From: an uncultured Gammaproteobacteria bacterium
GTDB lineage: Bacteria; Patescibacteriota; Microgenomatia; Daviesbacterales; UBA10151
DNA length: 64,000 nt
NCBI GenBank assembly: GCA_964625535.1
Contig: CAZVEX010000002.1
Location: 85,559 to 149,558, forward strand
Direction of reading: 5' to 3'
Shown: positions 48,218 to 58,560 of the stretch, piece after piece
Layout of the letters: each line of letters starts with the position of its first letter
Position numbering within the stretch: the first letter of the stretch is position 1
Position numbers and translations under genes: made by a program
The notes under the pieces: generated by a model
Databases searched by the model: none
Told to the model about the DNA's origin: nothing
Seen by the model: only the letters and a program-made list of their open reading frames with translations

Positions 48218-50304
48218 TACCAGTCAAATTAAAACTTAATAATTTCACTTCTTACGGGGAAAGTGTTCCCGATCTGGATTTTAAAAAATTCAAACTGGCT
48301 GCTATTTCGGGGCCTAATGGGGCGGGAAAATCTTCCCTTTTAGACGCCATTACCTGGTGTGTATGGGGCTGGTCAAGGGCCGGGGACTCCACTGATGATT
48401 TAATTCATTTAGGAGCCAAAGAAATGTTTGTGGAATTTTCCTTTGAGCTGGACAACCATACTTTTATTGTCAAAAGGCAAAGAAGTTTATCTCATGGAGG
48501 TTCTACTAATCTGGAATTTTGGTCTGGGAAAAATAATTTAACCGAAGGAACCATCAAAGCCACCCAGCAAAAAATTATTGAAACTTTACATTTGTCTTTT
48601 GAAACCTTTACCAACTCCAGCTTTTTAAGACAAGGCCATGCCGATGAATTTACCACCAAAGGGCCGAGTGACAGGAAAAGAATCCTGGCAGATATTTTGG
48701 GGTTATCGCATTATGATCTTTTGGAAGAAAAAGCCCGGGAAAAAGTTAAAGAGGCTCAAAATAAATTAAAACTTTTGGAATATCAGCTTTTGGAAATTGA
48801 GGCAGAATTATCCCAAAAGCAGGAAAGAGAGAAAATTTTACATGAACAAACAGAAAAAGTTAAAGGAATTGAAGGTAGTATTAAGCTTTTGGAAGAGGAC
48901 TTAAAAAATTTACAAAAACAAAAAGAAATTTGGCAAAATCTTCAGGAAGCGCAAAAAGAGCTGGATGCGATTGTGGCCCAAGGGAAGGAAAGAGCTGAAA
49001 GAATCAAGAATTTAGATCTGCGAATTACGAATTTCGCAAAACTGCAACAAGAAATAGAAAATTTGCAAAAAGAAAAAACAGAACTGGAAGATTTAAGAAA
49101 AAAACAGAACGAAAAACTGCAGCTGCAAAAAGAGTTATCAGATTGGCAGGGAGGGTTAAATGTTAAATTGGAGCAGAAAAAAACCCTGCAAAAACAATTG
49201 GATGATATGCAAGATGAGCTAAAAAAACTAGCAATGCCGGGTGCCAAATGCCCCACTTGCGGGCAGGAAATTGGCAAAGCCGATAAGCACAAAGTGATTT
49301 ATGATTTAAGAATAAAGAATAAAGATTTAGAAAAAAAGCTTTCTGAAATCAAAACAGAAGAGGAAGAAACAGAGATAAAAAAATTAGAAAAAGCCATATC
49401 TTTAATTAGTACTGATTCTGAAAAACTCATCAAATTAGAAAATGCATTAAAAGAACTGGAAAGTTTGCAAAAACAAAAAGAGCAGATTTTACAAGACCAA
49501 GCCAGTTTGGAAACAGAGAAAAAAACAAGAGAAGAATTATTAGTGCTTTTTAAGCATAAAAAATTACAAGTAGAAAAGTTACAGCTGGAACTAAAAAAAC
49601 TTCCCCAAACAGAGGGGGATTTGACGGAAAAAGAAAGGAAGCTGGAAGATTTACGGGCAGAGGAGAAACAAACCAGAAACTTGCTGGGGCAGGCAACAGA
49701 GTTAATTTCCAGATCCCAGCAGCTGGAAAAATTGCAAAAACAAAAGCAGACAGAAAAAGCTAATTTGGAAAAAGACAAGCAAAATTTCGAGGAATTGAGC
49801 TTAGCTTTTGGCAAAAAGGGCATTCAGGCCATGATTATTGAAACTGCCATTCCCGAGATTGAAGATGAAGCTAATAAACTGCTGGATAAATTAACTGAAG
49901 GACGGATGAAAGTGGCTTTCCTAACTCAAAGAGAGGGAAAAACCACAGAGAGTATTATTGAAACTTTGGATATTATTATTTCTGATGAAATGGGTGAAAG
50001 ACCCTATGATCTTTATAGTGGAGGGGAAGCTTTTCGGGTCAATTTTGCCATCCGCTTGGCCATTTCCAAACTGCTAACCCGCCGGGCCGGGGCCAGGCTG
50101 CAGTTTTTGGTGATTGATGAAGGCTTTGGCACCCAGGATACGCAAGGAAGATCTAGAATTGTAGAAGTTTTGGATGCTATTAAAAATGATTTTGAAAAAA
50201 TCTTAATTATTACTCATCTGGATGAGTTAAAAGAAGAGTTTCCCGTTAGAATTGAAGTTTCTAAAAATAGTAGTGGTTCTACCTTTGAAGTTGTGGGCAC
50301 TTAA
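48214..50304 (+). CDS. sbcC: Nuclease SbcCD subunit C (Rad50-like ATPase, short coiled coil)
   Basis: Walker A GPNGAGKSS, CPTCGQ zinc hook, YSGGEAFRV signature, Walker B LVIDEGFG. The start is translationally coupled to sbcD. Confidence 0.85.
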   Translation: MIPVKLKLNNFTSYGESVPDLDFKKFKLAAISGPNGAGKSSLLDAITWCVWGWSRAGDSTDDLIHLGAKEMFVEFSFELDNHTFIVKRQRSLSHGGSTNLEFWSGKNNLTEGTIKATQQKIIETLHLSFETFTNSSFLRQGHADEFTTKGPSDRKRILADILGLSHYDLLEEKAREKVKEAQNKLKLLEYQLLEIEAELSQKQEREKILHEQTEKVKGIEGSIKLLEEDLKNLQKQKEIWQNLQEAQKELDAIVAQGKERAERIKNLDLRITNFAKLQQEIENLQKEKTELEDLRKKQNEKLQLQKELSDWQGGLNVKLEQKKTLQKQLDDMQDELKKLAMPGAKCPTCGQEIGKADKHKVIYDLRIKNKDLEKKLSEIKTEEEETEIKKLEKAISLISTDSEKLIKLENALKELESLQKQKEQILQDQASLETEKKTREELLVLFKHKKLQVEKLQLELKKLPQTEGDLTEKERKLEDLRAEEKQTRNLLGQATELISRSQQLEKLQKQKQTEKANLEKDKQNFEELSLAFGKKGIQAMIIETAIPEIEDEANKLLDKLTEGRMKVAFLTQREGKTTESIIETLDIIISDEMGERPYDLYSGGEAFRVNFAIRLAISKLLTRRAGARLQFLVIDEGFGTQDTQGRSRIVEVLDAIKNDFEKILIITHLDELKEEFPVRIEVSKNSSGSTFEVVGT

Positions 50305-50318
50305 GTTACAATGAATAC

Positions 50319-50705
50319 ATGTCCAAAGCTTTCCTTAAAATTTTTTCTGCTTTAATTTTTTGGGGAATATTGATTTTGGTACTTGTTTATATTCCCTATC
50401 CGGAAAGCTTAACTTCTGCTACACCCTTTCAAATTCTAATCTTTTTTATTCCATTATTTTTAGCACTTACTTTTACATTAAATTTATTTTTTAAATTTGT
50501 CTTTTCTTCTGCTTCCATATCTTTGGGGATAGTTTTTTTACTTTTATTAAAAGCCCTTGATGCCCTAAATTTTGTTTCGGCCGCATTAACAATTGTGGCC
50601 GTGGGGCTACTTTTAAGTTATTTTAAAAAAGAAAGGGGCAAACGCCATTTGACTTCCGTTTCAAAAATATCTAAACTGACAAGTTTACACAGAAAGAAAC
50701 AATGA
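50319..50705 (+). CDS. Membrane protein (hypothetical, four transmembrane helices)
   Basis: Hydrophobic 128-aa ORF with no recognisable family. Confidence 0.4.
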   Translation: MSKAFLKIFSALIFWGILILVLVYIPYPESLTSATPFQILIFFIPLFLALTFTLNLFFKFVFSSASISLGIVFLLLLKALDALNFVSAALTIVAVGLLLSYFKKERGKRHLTSVSKISKLTSLHRKKQ

Positions 50706-52120
50706 AAAAGTTTTACATTACTAATTCCATACCATATGTAAATGCCAAACCACATATCGGTCATGCTTTGGAATTTATTCAGTCAGATACAATAGCGCGC
50801 TACCATAAACTTTTAGGGAAAGACGTTCTTCTTTTATCTGGTGGTGATGAAAATGCCTTAAAAAATGTTCAGGCTGCAGAAGCAACTGGGATAGAGATAC
50901 AAGACTTTGTTGATCAAAATTCACAACTGTTTGCTGATTTGGCTCAAAAATTAAATGTCCATTTTGATGTTTTCCAAAAAGGCAGTGATAAAGAAAAACA
51001 TTATCCTTCTTCTCAAAAACTATGGCAACTTTGCGATGCTTCCGGAGATATTTACAAAAAATCTTATAAAGGACTCTACTGCGTTGGATGCGAAACCTTC
51101 TACTCACACGATGAACTAAACGAAAATGGCGAGTGCTTTGAACATCCCGGGAAAAAACTGGAAGAAGTTAAGGAAGAAAATTATTTTTTCAGACTTTCAA
51201 AATACCAAGATAAATTAATTCAAATCATTGAATCAGAAGAGTATCAAATTATTCCGGAGTTTAGAAAAAATGAGGTATTAAGTTTTTTAAAAGGAGGCTT
51301 GCAAGATTTAAGTATTTCCAGAACCAATGAACGAACCAGAAATTGGGGCGTGCCAGTCCCGAGTGACCCAACACAGCGAATCTATGTGTGGTTTGATGCT
51401 TTAAATATCTACCAAAGTGGGGTTGGTTTTGGTTGGGATGAGGAAAAATATAACAAATGGTGGCCAGCGGATTTACATGTAATTGGTAAAGGCATTATTC
51501 GTTTCCATGCGGTTTACTGGCCAGCATTTTTGCTCTCTGCGGGCTTACATTTACCCAAAAAATTATTCGTTCATGAATATTTCACAGTTAACGGCCAGAA
51601 GATGTCTAAAACTTTAGGTAATGTTTATGATCCAAATATTGCCATAGAAAAATTTGGTGCTGATGCCTTGCGTTACTTTTGCCTGGCAAAAATCTCTCCC
51701 TTCCAAGATGGGGATTTTTCTGAAGGAAAACTAAAGCAGTCCTACAATTCCGATCTGGCTAATGGTTTGGGGAATTTGGTGGCTAGGGTGGCCAAGCTTT
51801 GTGAGCAAAATAATATTTCAGCACCGGAGCTGCCCACTCAATTTGATCCAAAGATGACAAAACCTCTGGAGCAGTTTAAATTTAACGAGGCACTAAATCA
51901 TATCTGGGGTGAAATTGCACAAGTAGATAAAAAGGTTAACGAGGAAAAACCCTGGGAACTCTCGGGGGAAATGTTGGAAGCAGTTTTAGCAGATTTAGTT
52001 AAAAGAATCCAACATATAGCATATAATCTGCAACCCTTTTTACCAGCAACTGCCGAAAAAATCCTCGAACAATTTTCAGTCAAGATCAAATCAGCAACTT
52101 CTCTTTTTCCCAGAATATGA
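50702..52120 (+). CDS. metG: Methionine--tRNA ligase (short form)
   Basis: HIGH (PHIGHA), KMSKS (KMSKT), and a CVGCETF zinc-knuckle region. Confidence 0.9.
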   Translation: MKKFYITNSIPYVNAKPHIGHALEFIQSDTIARYHKLLGKDVLLLSGGDENALKNVQAAEATGIEIQDFVDQNSQLFADLAQKLNVHFDVFQKGSDKEKHYPSSQKLWQLCDASGDIYKKSYKGLYCVGCETFYSHDELNENGECFEHPGKKLEEVKEENYFFRLSKYQDKLIQIIESEEYQIIPEFRKNEVLSFLKGGLQDLSISRTNERTRNWGVPVPSDPTQRIYVWFDALNIYQSGVGFGWDEEKYNKWWPADLHVIGKGIIRFHAVYWPAFLLSAGLHLPKKLFVHEYFTVNGQKMSKTLGNVYDPNIAIEKFGADALRYFCLAKISPFQDGDFSEGKLKQSYNSDLANGLGNLVARVAKLCEQNNISAPELPTQFDPKMTKPLEQFKFNEALNHIWGEIAQVDKKVNEEKPWELSGEMLEAVLADLVKRIQHIAYNLQPFLPATAEKILEQFSVKIKSATSLFPRI

Positions 52121-52911
52121 ATTTAACTGATACACATGCTCATCTTTATTGGGACTCATTCACGGAAGATTTTGATGCTATGATCAAGCGGGCTTTGGAT
52201 GCCCAAGTCACATATATAATAAATGTAGGTGTAGATGTTAAAACTTCACAAAAGGCTTTGGACCAAGTTAAAACTTATCCCTGGCCGAAAGGTTTACAGG
52301 TTTTTTCCACCATTGGTATTCATCCCCACGAGAAAGATGTATCCATACATGAGGACATAGAAGAACTGGCAAGAATATATCAAACTAGGCCTGATCAAAT
52401 TGTAGCAGTTGGAGAATGCGGGCTGGATTACAAAGAAGCTGATGAGAAAACAAAAAAATTGCAAAAGCAGCTTTTTCAGACTCAAATTGATTTAGCCAAA
52501 AAATTAAATTTACCCCTCATAGTCCACTGCCGCGGCGCCTGGGATGAGGTTTTACAAATGACCAAAGATCATTTTGGCATTTACCATTGTTATTCCGGCT
52601 TCCCCCCTATTACCCAAAAGGTTTTAAGTTCCAAGTTTTTAGTTAGTTTCGCCGGCAATCTAACTTATCCCAAAAATGAATATTTACAAGAGGCTGCCAA
52701 GATCATACCCTTAGACAGGATTGTTTTGGAAACAGATTGTCCATTCCTTCCTCCCCAATCAAAACGGGGTAAAAGAAACGAGCCGTCTTTTATGATGGAA
52801 ACTGCCCAAGCAGTAGCTGATATTAAGGGTTTATCTTTGGAAGAAGTAGCCAAACAAACCTCTCTCAATGTCGCTTCCTTGCTTTCCACGCTCAAATTGA
52901 TTACACTTTAG
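52117..52911 (+). CDS. tatD: TatD-family metal-dependent hydrolase
   Basis: DTHAHL, GECGLDY and the TIM-barrel hydrolase pattern. Confidence 0.85.
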   Translation: MNLTDTHAHLYWDSFTEDFDAMIKRALDAQVTYIINVGVDVKTSQKALDQVKTYPWPKGLQVFSTIGIHPHEKDVSIHEDIEELARIYQTRPDQIVAVGECGLDYKEADEKTKKLQKQLFQTQIDLAKKLNLPLIVHCRGAWDEVLQMTKDHFGIYHCYSGFPPITQKVLSSKFLVSFAGNLTYPKNEYLQEAAKIIPLDRIVLETDCPFLPPQSKRGKRNEPSFMMETAQAVADIKGLSLEEVAKQTSLNVASLLSTLKLITL

Positions 52912-52920
52912 GATAAGATT

Positions 52921-54693
52921 ATGCGCATTTTGCTATCGCTTTCCCTGGGGCTGCTGCTCTTTTTTTATCTGGCAGAGTTACTGGGCCAAGTATATAAAGT
53001 TTTTAATTACGCCCTAATCGGTTTAATTTTGTTTATCTGCGGGCTGCTAATTGGCTTTTTTGGCCAAAACTTTTTACCGGGGCTAAATGTTTTAATAGCC
53101 TATTTTTTAATTGGAGCGGGGCTTGGGCTGTCTATCCATCATCTTTTATCCCGTCATTTTCTTTTTTTTGAAACAAAAGAGAAGGAATTTATCTTAAAAC
53201 ACGAGAGTGTCTTTGTAAGAATCCTGGAAATTTTACCCGGGTCTTTAACCTGGCTGGCTTTAACCTCCCCCATCTGGCTTTCCTTTACCATGCCTTACGC
53301 CGTTGCCTATCTTATTTTAATTGCCGATATCTACTGGCTGCTGGCCGGACTTCGCATTGGCGCCTTAATCATCGTCGGTTATCGAAAAATGGAAACTGCC
53401 AAAAAACAACACTGGCTAAAGATGCTGCAAACTGATTTTCCCCAAACTTGGGAGAACTATTATCATTTAATCCTGGTCCCGACTTATAAAGAATCTGCCT
53501 GCATTTTATCAAGCACCTTTTCCGGCATCTTAAACTCTACTGTCCCTAAAGATAAAATCTTTCTGGCAGTTGGCTTTGAGCAGAGGGATGATCCGCAAAA
53601 AATCAAACAAACTCAAAAAAACTTAATTGCACTGAAGAAAAAAATTGCCGGAGTATTCACTACCATCCACCCTTACGGTCTTGAAGGAGAAGTGCCGGGC
53701 CAAGGATCAAACAAAAACTGGATGATCAAAAATGCACTAACAGAACTTAAAAAAAGAGGTATCGAGCAAGATCGCGTCTTTGTCACCACCATTGATGCCG
53801 ATTTTGTCCTTCATCCCCAATTTTTGGCAGGAGCATTGCACAAATATTTGTCCTTGCCGAATATGGAAAAAGATAAAAGAAGTTTTACCGGCGTATTTTT
53901 ATACCACAACAACTACTGGCAAACCCCCACTCCCATGAGGCTTATGGCCACCGGCACCAGTTTTTGGCAGCTGGCGGAAATGGTGGGATCCGACAAATAC
54001 ATCAACTATTCATCAATGTCTATCTCTTTAAAAGCCCTTTTGGACATTGGCCTGTGGATACCGGATAAGGTTAATGACGACTCGGGTTTTTACTGGAAGG
54101 CTTATTATCATTTCAACGGAGATTATAAAGTCATCCCCCATTTCCTGCCTATTTCCGCCGATGCCGTCCAGGACACCACTTTGTTTAAAACATTTCAAAA
54201 TCAGTACCTGCAAATCAGGCGTTGGGCTTATGGGGTGGAACATATCCCCTTTATTGTGAAAGAATATTTTAAAAAAGAAATTAGCTTTTGGGATAAAACC
54301 GACAAATTGCTATTTAAAATCTGGGGCGATCTAAAATGGGGATTTTTGGCCATCTTTGTGACTTTCGGAGGAATGTTGGTACCGCTGGTCAATCCCAACT
54401 TTAAATCTTCTGTTTTATCAGTCAATCTACCCATCGTCTCCTCGTGGATTTTAACTATTGCTTTCCTGGGTCTTTTTGCCACCATTTATGTACATGAAAA
54501 AACCGCCCCCAAAAGGCCTTCCAACTGGAACATATTTACGCGAGTTTGGTCGTATTTACAGTGGCTACTTATTCCCATCATCTTGATTACCATCTCCTCG
54601 CTGCCGGCTATTGATGCCCAAACATCTTTAATGTTTGGCAGGAAACTGGAATTTAGGGTCACCAACAAAGCAAGACTCTTGGAAAAAGCTTAA
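52921..54693 (+). CDS. Processive family-2 glycosyltransferase (CesA/HAS/PgaC-like) integral membrane protein
   Basis: Multiple transmembrane helices around a cytoplasmic GT2 core. The core carries VPTYKES (D1), TIDADF (DxD) and QIRRW (QxxRW). Confidence 0.6.
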   Translation: MRILLSLSLGLLLFFYLAELLGQVYKVFNYALIGLILFICGLLIGFFGQNFLPGLNVLIAYFLIGAGLGLSIHHLLSRHFLFFETKEKEFILKHESVFVRILEILPGSLTWLALTSPIWLSFTMPYAVAYLILIADIYWLLAGLRIGALIIVGYRKMETAKKQHWLKMLQTDFPQTWENYYHLILVPTYKESACILSSTFSGILNSTVPKDKIFLAVGFEQRDDPQKIKQTQKNLIALKKKIAGVFTTIHPYGLEGEVPGQGSNKNWMIKNALTELKKRGIEQDRVFVTTIDADFVLHPQFLAGALHKYLSLPNMEKDKRSFTGVFLYHNNYWQTPTPMRLMATGTSFWQLAEMVGSDKYINYSSMSISLKALLDIGLWIPDKVNDDSGFYWKAYYHFNGDYKVIPHFLPISADAVQDTTLFKTFQNQYLQIRRWAYGVEHIPFIVKEYFKKEISFWDKTDKLLFKIWGDLKWGFLAIFVTFGGMLVPLVNPNFKSSVLSVNLPIVSSWILTIAFLGLFATIYVHEKTAPKRPSNWNIFTRVWSYLQWLLIPIILITISSLPAIDAQTSLMFGRKLEFRVTNKARLLEKA

Positions 54694-54699
54694 AAATTT

Positions 54700-55026
54700 A
54701 TGCAAAAACTTTATGTCTGGACAACTTTTTTCTCCATAATCACTGCCGTCATTATGGCTCTTGGCGTGTTGTTTTTTTTAAAGATTTTACCCGAGCGCTT
54801 GCCGCTTTTTTATTCCCTGCCCTGGGGAGAGCGTCAATTGGCTAGCCATTCTCAATTTCTAATCATACCTGCCAGCATAGTCTTAATTACACTAATTAAT
54901 CTTATTGTATCTCACGAGTTACATACCTCCCAGTCGTTTTTAAAAATAGCCTTACATCTTACTTCCCTGGTAACTACCAGCATATTAATTGTCACCTTTA
55001 TGAAAATTGTTTTTATTTTCTTATGA
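54700..55026 (+). CDS. Small membrane protein (hypothetical)
   Basis: 108 aa with three or four transmembrane helices. It lies between two glycosyltransferases and ends in ATGA overlap with the next gene. Confidence 0.35.
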   Translation: MQKLYVWTTFFSIITAVIMALGVLFFLKILPERLPLFYSLPWGERQLASHSQFLIIPASIVLITLINLIVSHELHTSQSFLKIALHLTSLVTTSILIVTFMKIVFIFL

Positions 55027-56066
55027 ATTTTTTTTTGCCATTGCTTTTTTCGTTTGCCGCAACTTCCCTGGGGTTTTTGCCAACCATTTGGCTGGCAAAA
55101 AAATTTAATCTGGTAGACAATCCCCGCTTGCGACCTCATCCAGCCCACACGCAAAAAAGGGTTGTCCCGCGGGCCGGAGGCCTGCTTCCTTTTATTGGCA
55201 TTGTGTCTGCCATCATCATTTTTCTGCCGCTGACTTTAAATATTTCAGGCATTTTGGCAGGATTGACCATCTTGCTTGCAATAGGACTGCTTGACGACAG
55301 ATACCCCGGCTTCTCGCCCTATTTGAGACTCCTTGGCCAATTTATAGCTTCCGCTTTTGTGGTTTTTTCCGGCATAGGTATAAATTTTATCACCAATCCT
55401 TTGGGCGGGATCATTGATTTTCCGCCTCTTTTATCTTATGTCCTGGCTTTAGTCTGGATTGTCTGGGTGATGAACATGATCAACTGGAGCAAAGGGGTTG
55501 ACGGGCAAATGCCGTCTATCGCTACTGTCGCCTCTTTAATTTTAGGATTACTTTCTTTAAAACTGACTTTAAATGGAGATCCTAATCAGGTAAAAGTTGC
55601 CATCCTTGCTTTTATTACAACAGGAGCCAGCCTCGGACTTTTGATTTTTAACTGGCATCCTGCCAAAATCTTTCCCGGCTTTTCCGGGTCTAACATTTTG
55701 GGGTTTATGATTGCCACTTTGGCAATTTTATCCGGAGCGAAACTCGCCACCGCCGGACTGGTGCTACTCATTCCCGCTACTGATTTTGCTTATACTTTTT
55801 TTCGAAGAATCCTGCAGGGCAAATCTCCTGTCTGGGGAGACCGGGGTCATCTACATCATAAACTCTTGGAGCTGGGCTTGACACACCAGAAAATCGCCTT
55901 GTTTTACCTTTTGGGATCTGTTATTCTAGGCGCAGTAGCTCTAAGTTTAAGTAGCAGCGGTAAACTGTTTGCTGCCATTTTGGTCGCTACAGTTATTTTA
56001 GGAGTAATATTGTGGTTAAATTTTTTTGGGGGATTGTCAAAGCCGGAAGACCCAGGCAATGGATAA
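55023..56066 (+). CDS. Polyprenyl-phosphate HexNAc-1-phosphate transferase (WecA/TagO-like, MraY family)
   Basis: VPRAGGL, DD, NMINWSKGVDG, GFSGSNILGF (GDxGS-like). Eleven transmembrane helices. Confidence 0.7.
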   Translation: MNFFLPLLFSFAATSLGFLPTIWLAKKFNLVDNPRLRPHPAHTQKRVVPRAGGLLPFIGIVSAIIIFLPLTLNISGILAGLTILLAIGLLDDRYPGFSPYLRLLGQFIASAFVVFSGIGINFITNPLGGIIDFPPLLSYVLALVWIVWVMNMINWSKGVDGQMPSIATVASLILGLLSLKLTLNGDPNQVKVAILAFITTGASLGLLIFNWHPAKIFPGFSGSNILGFMIATLAILSGAKLATAGLVLLIPATDFAYTFFRRILQGKSPVWGDRGHLHHKLLELGLTHQKIALFYLLGSVILGAVALSLSSSGKLFAAILVATVILGVILWLNFFGGLSKPEDPGNG

Positions 56067-56944
56067 AAAATTTGGCGGTCTTTGCCGCCCTGATTTTTTC
56101 CGGCACTTTGCTTGACCAGGGAAATCAAATTAAAACTATCGAGGCTTTCTTTCTTTTTTGCGCCTTTTCCTCGGCTACTTATTTATTAAATGATTGTTTT
56201 GACATAGAAAGAGACAAACTCCATCCCTTTAAAAAGCTCCGTCCCATTGCTTCCGGACTTATATCCGTTCCCTGGGCTTTGTCTTTAGCGCTTTTAATCA
56301 TCGTCGCAGCTTTACCGATTTCATATCAGCTTTCCCCGGCGTTTTTCTTTGCTTCGGTAGCTTACCTTATCTTGCAGGTTTTTTATTCCGCTTACCTTAA
56401 GCAAATTATTTTAATTGATGTTTTGACAATTGCGGCCGGTTTTGTCTTACGGGTGTACGGAGGGGTCTGGGCCATTGATGCCCATTTAAGCGTCTGGTTT
56501 TTGCTATCTGTTACTTCATTTGCTCTGTTTCTGGCAATTGGAAAAAGGCGCTCGGAGCGGACTTTGCTGGAAACCCAAGCTTCCCGCCACAGAGAAACCC
56601 TGCTTCATTATCCGGAGAGTTTACTAGATTCTTTAACCACCATGTTTGCCAACTCCACCTGGCTGACTTATGCTTTTTTTGCCTTTTTGCAACCGCCCAT
56701 CACTACCAGAAACATAGTTTCTGCTTTTTTGGGCGGATTTGAGCTACCTCTAACTTCGGCTAAATACTTAATGGCCACTGTACCGGTGGTCATTTATGCG
56801 GTTATGAGATATCTGTATGTAATTTATGAGAAAAAAGAAGGGGAGAGCCCCGAGCGAGTTATTTTAACTGACCGGCCCCTGCTGGCCACAGTTTTAGTCT
56901 GGATCATCATGGTAATCGGCATCATCTACTACCTGGGAGCTTAA
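56012..56944 (+). CDS. UbiA-family prenyltransferase, decaprenyl-phosphate phosphoribosyltransferase (DPPR synthase)-like
   Basis: RPRQWIKN N-terminal motif, LNDCFDIERDKLHPFKKLRPIASG (NDxxDxxxD...RPxAxG). GTG start, overlapping the upstream gene by 55 nt. Confidence 0.65.
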   Translation: MVKFFWGIVKAGRPRQWIKNLAVFAALIFSGTLLDQGNQIKTIEAFFLFCAFSSATYLLNDCFDIERDKLHPFKKLRPIASGLISVPWALSLALLIIVAALPISYQLSPAFFFASVAYLILQVFYSAYLKQIILIDVLTIAAGFVLRVYGGVWAIDAHLSVWFLLSVTSFALFLAIGKRRSERTLLETQASRHRETLLHYPESLLDSLTTMFANSTWLTYAFFAFLQPPITTRNIVSAFLGGFELPLTSAKYLMATVPVVIYAVMRYLYVIYEKKEGESPERVILTDRPLLATVLVWIIMVIGIIYYLGA

Positions 56945-57025
56945 TATTCTTCTTGCCCCTTTATTATAGAAAAGCTCATAAATCAGTGCTTCCGTCACAG
57001 TCCCTCAATGTATTGTACTGACATG

Positions 57026-57838
57026 TCAAATTTTTTCCTGGGGTTTTTTCTCGACATATGAAGAAGAAACATAGCCTTCGCTACCCTCGGACAACCTGAC
57101 CCTATACCAGCCGGACAGTTCTTCCAGCAAAATCAGGGTATCGCCCGGTTTAACCTGGGTAATTTCTTTTCCCGCCAAAGAAGGCTTGTCCCGCACCCGC
57201 AAAAATCCGGTGGGCGTATCTTTAACTGTCACTTCCGGAGTTTGGGTAATGGGAGGAGTTTGCACCACAGTCAAATCTGCTTCCGACAAGGCCAAATCCG
57301 CAGAAACAACCAGTTTATATCCCTCCGGCAGATTTACCCTGATGCTTCTTTTTAAGTAACCCGGCCGGGACAGAGTCAGGAGATAATCGCCGCTTGAAAG
57401 ATCGAGAGATACGGGGGTCATTCCCCGGGATTTGCCGTCTATTTCAATTTGAGCTCCATCCGGACTGGAAATAATTGTCGCACCGGAGCCCTTTTCCAAA
57501 ATCAAGGTCTCTCCGGCTGATGAGGAGAAATCTTTAGCCAAGTCGCGACTTAAGACAGTAACTATCCCAGCTATCAACTTCACCCTGCCTTGCCAAACCA
57601 AATCGGCTTTTTCTATTTTTATTGCATATTCTTTTGGCGTTAAATTTTTATCCTCAAAAGGAGTTTTTCCCACTTCTGCCCCGTCAAGATAAACTGTTGC
57701 CCCGGCGGGCATGGACAATACATTCACCCCCCCCACTAATTTTGCGCCCAAAAATGATTGCAGGCCAAAATCAGCGAAACGAACAATCAGAATAAAAATA
57801 CTGATCAAAACCAGTATCAAAACAACGGTTTTCTTCAT
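57026..57838 (-). CDS. PEGA-domain protein with a C-terminal bacterial SH3-like domain
   Basis: Signal/transmembrane sequence, two PEGA motifs (ATVYLDGAEVGKTP, AQIEIDGKSRGMTP), and an SH3b-like tail (GWYRVRLSEGSEGYV). Confidence 0.55.
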   Translation of the reverse strand: MKKTVVLILVLISIFILIVRFADFGLQSFLGAKLVGGVNVLSMPAGATVYLDGAEVGKTPFEDKNLTPKEYAIKIEKADLVWQGRVKLIAGIVTVLSRDLAKDFSSSAGETLILEKGSGATIISSPDGAQIEIDGKSRGMTPVSLDLSSGDYLLTLSRPGYLKRSIRVNLPEGYKLVVSADLALSEADLTVVQTPPITQTPEVTVKDTPTGFLRVRDKPSLAGKEITQVKPGDTLILLEELSGWYRVRLSEGSEGYVSSSYVEKKPQEKI

Positions 57839-57918
57839 TAAGTTATTATACCCTACTTTGACTTTTGAGCCTTTTTATGCTAATGTGCGCTTTCTCCCGA
57901 TGAACATCGGGATTTGTT

Positions 57919-58560
57919 TTGAAAAGACAATTTAAAAACCTACTGCCTGGGAAAATCTTTAAACGGGTTGCCCGTTCCTTTAGATTTTCTAAAATTAAGC
58001 CCAAGGTTCCCAAAAGGTTAAGTAGGCTTGCCATAATATCTATCCTGTTAATTTTTTTATCCGGCAACTATCCGGTTTTTGCCTTTCCGCCGGTTAAAAA
58101 GGCAACTGTGGCCGCTCAAGGTCTTGAACAAAGCCAGGAGATTGCAGCCCAATCTTTTCCGCTGCCTTTAGTTTTGCCTCACCAGGGTTATTTGTCCACC
58201 AAATTTTCCAGATGGCATCCGGGGATAGACATTGCAGCCAGTTTAGGCACACCTATTCACCCTGTCACATCAGGCACGGTTGAGGCCGTGAGTTTTAGTT
58301 TTTGGGGGCTGGGGAATAATGTGACAGTTACCCATCCCAACGGCTTTAAATCAACTTACGGGCATATGGGGAAAATTTTTGTCAAGCCGGGAGAGCAGGT
58401 GACATCGGACAATATCCTGGGAGAGGTAGGGGTCAGCGGTTTTACCTCCGGCCCTCATACGCATTTGGAAATCCAAAAGGATGGAAAATTTATCAATCCT
58501 TTGGGGTTGTTACCGGAAATTCCTCCTCTCCCACAGCAAATAGCTTCTATTAAGAAATAA
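57919..58560 (+). CDS. M23-family (LytM-like) peptidase
   Basis: HPGIDIAA (HxxxD), THPNGFKSTYGHM, GPHTHLEI (HxH). TTG start and an N-terminal transmembrane anchor. Confidence 0.8.
   Translation: MKRQFKNLLPGKIFKRVARSFRFSKIKPKVPKRLSRLAIISILLIFLSGNYPVFAFPPVKKATVAAQGLEQSQEIAAQSFPLPLVLPHQGYLSTKFSRWHPGIDIAASLGTPIHPVTSGTVEAVSFSFWGLGNNVTVTHPNGFKSTYGHMGKIFVKPGEQVTSDNILGEVGVSGFTSGPHTHLEIQKDGKFINPLGLLPEIPPLPQQIASIKK

Noticed and set aside
48942-49823. Two minus-strand Ser/Cys/Phe-rich ORFs inside sbcC
   Set aside because: They are the antisense reading of the Lys/Glu-rich coiled-coil codons (AAA/GAA) of SbcC and are not genes.
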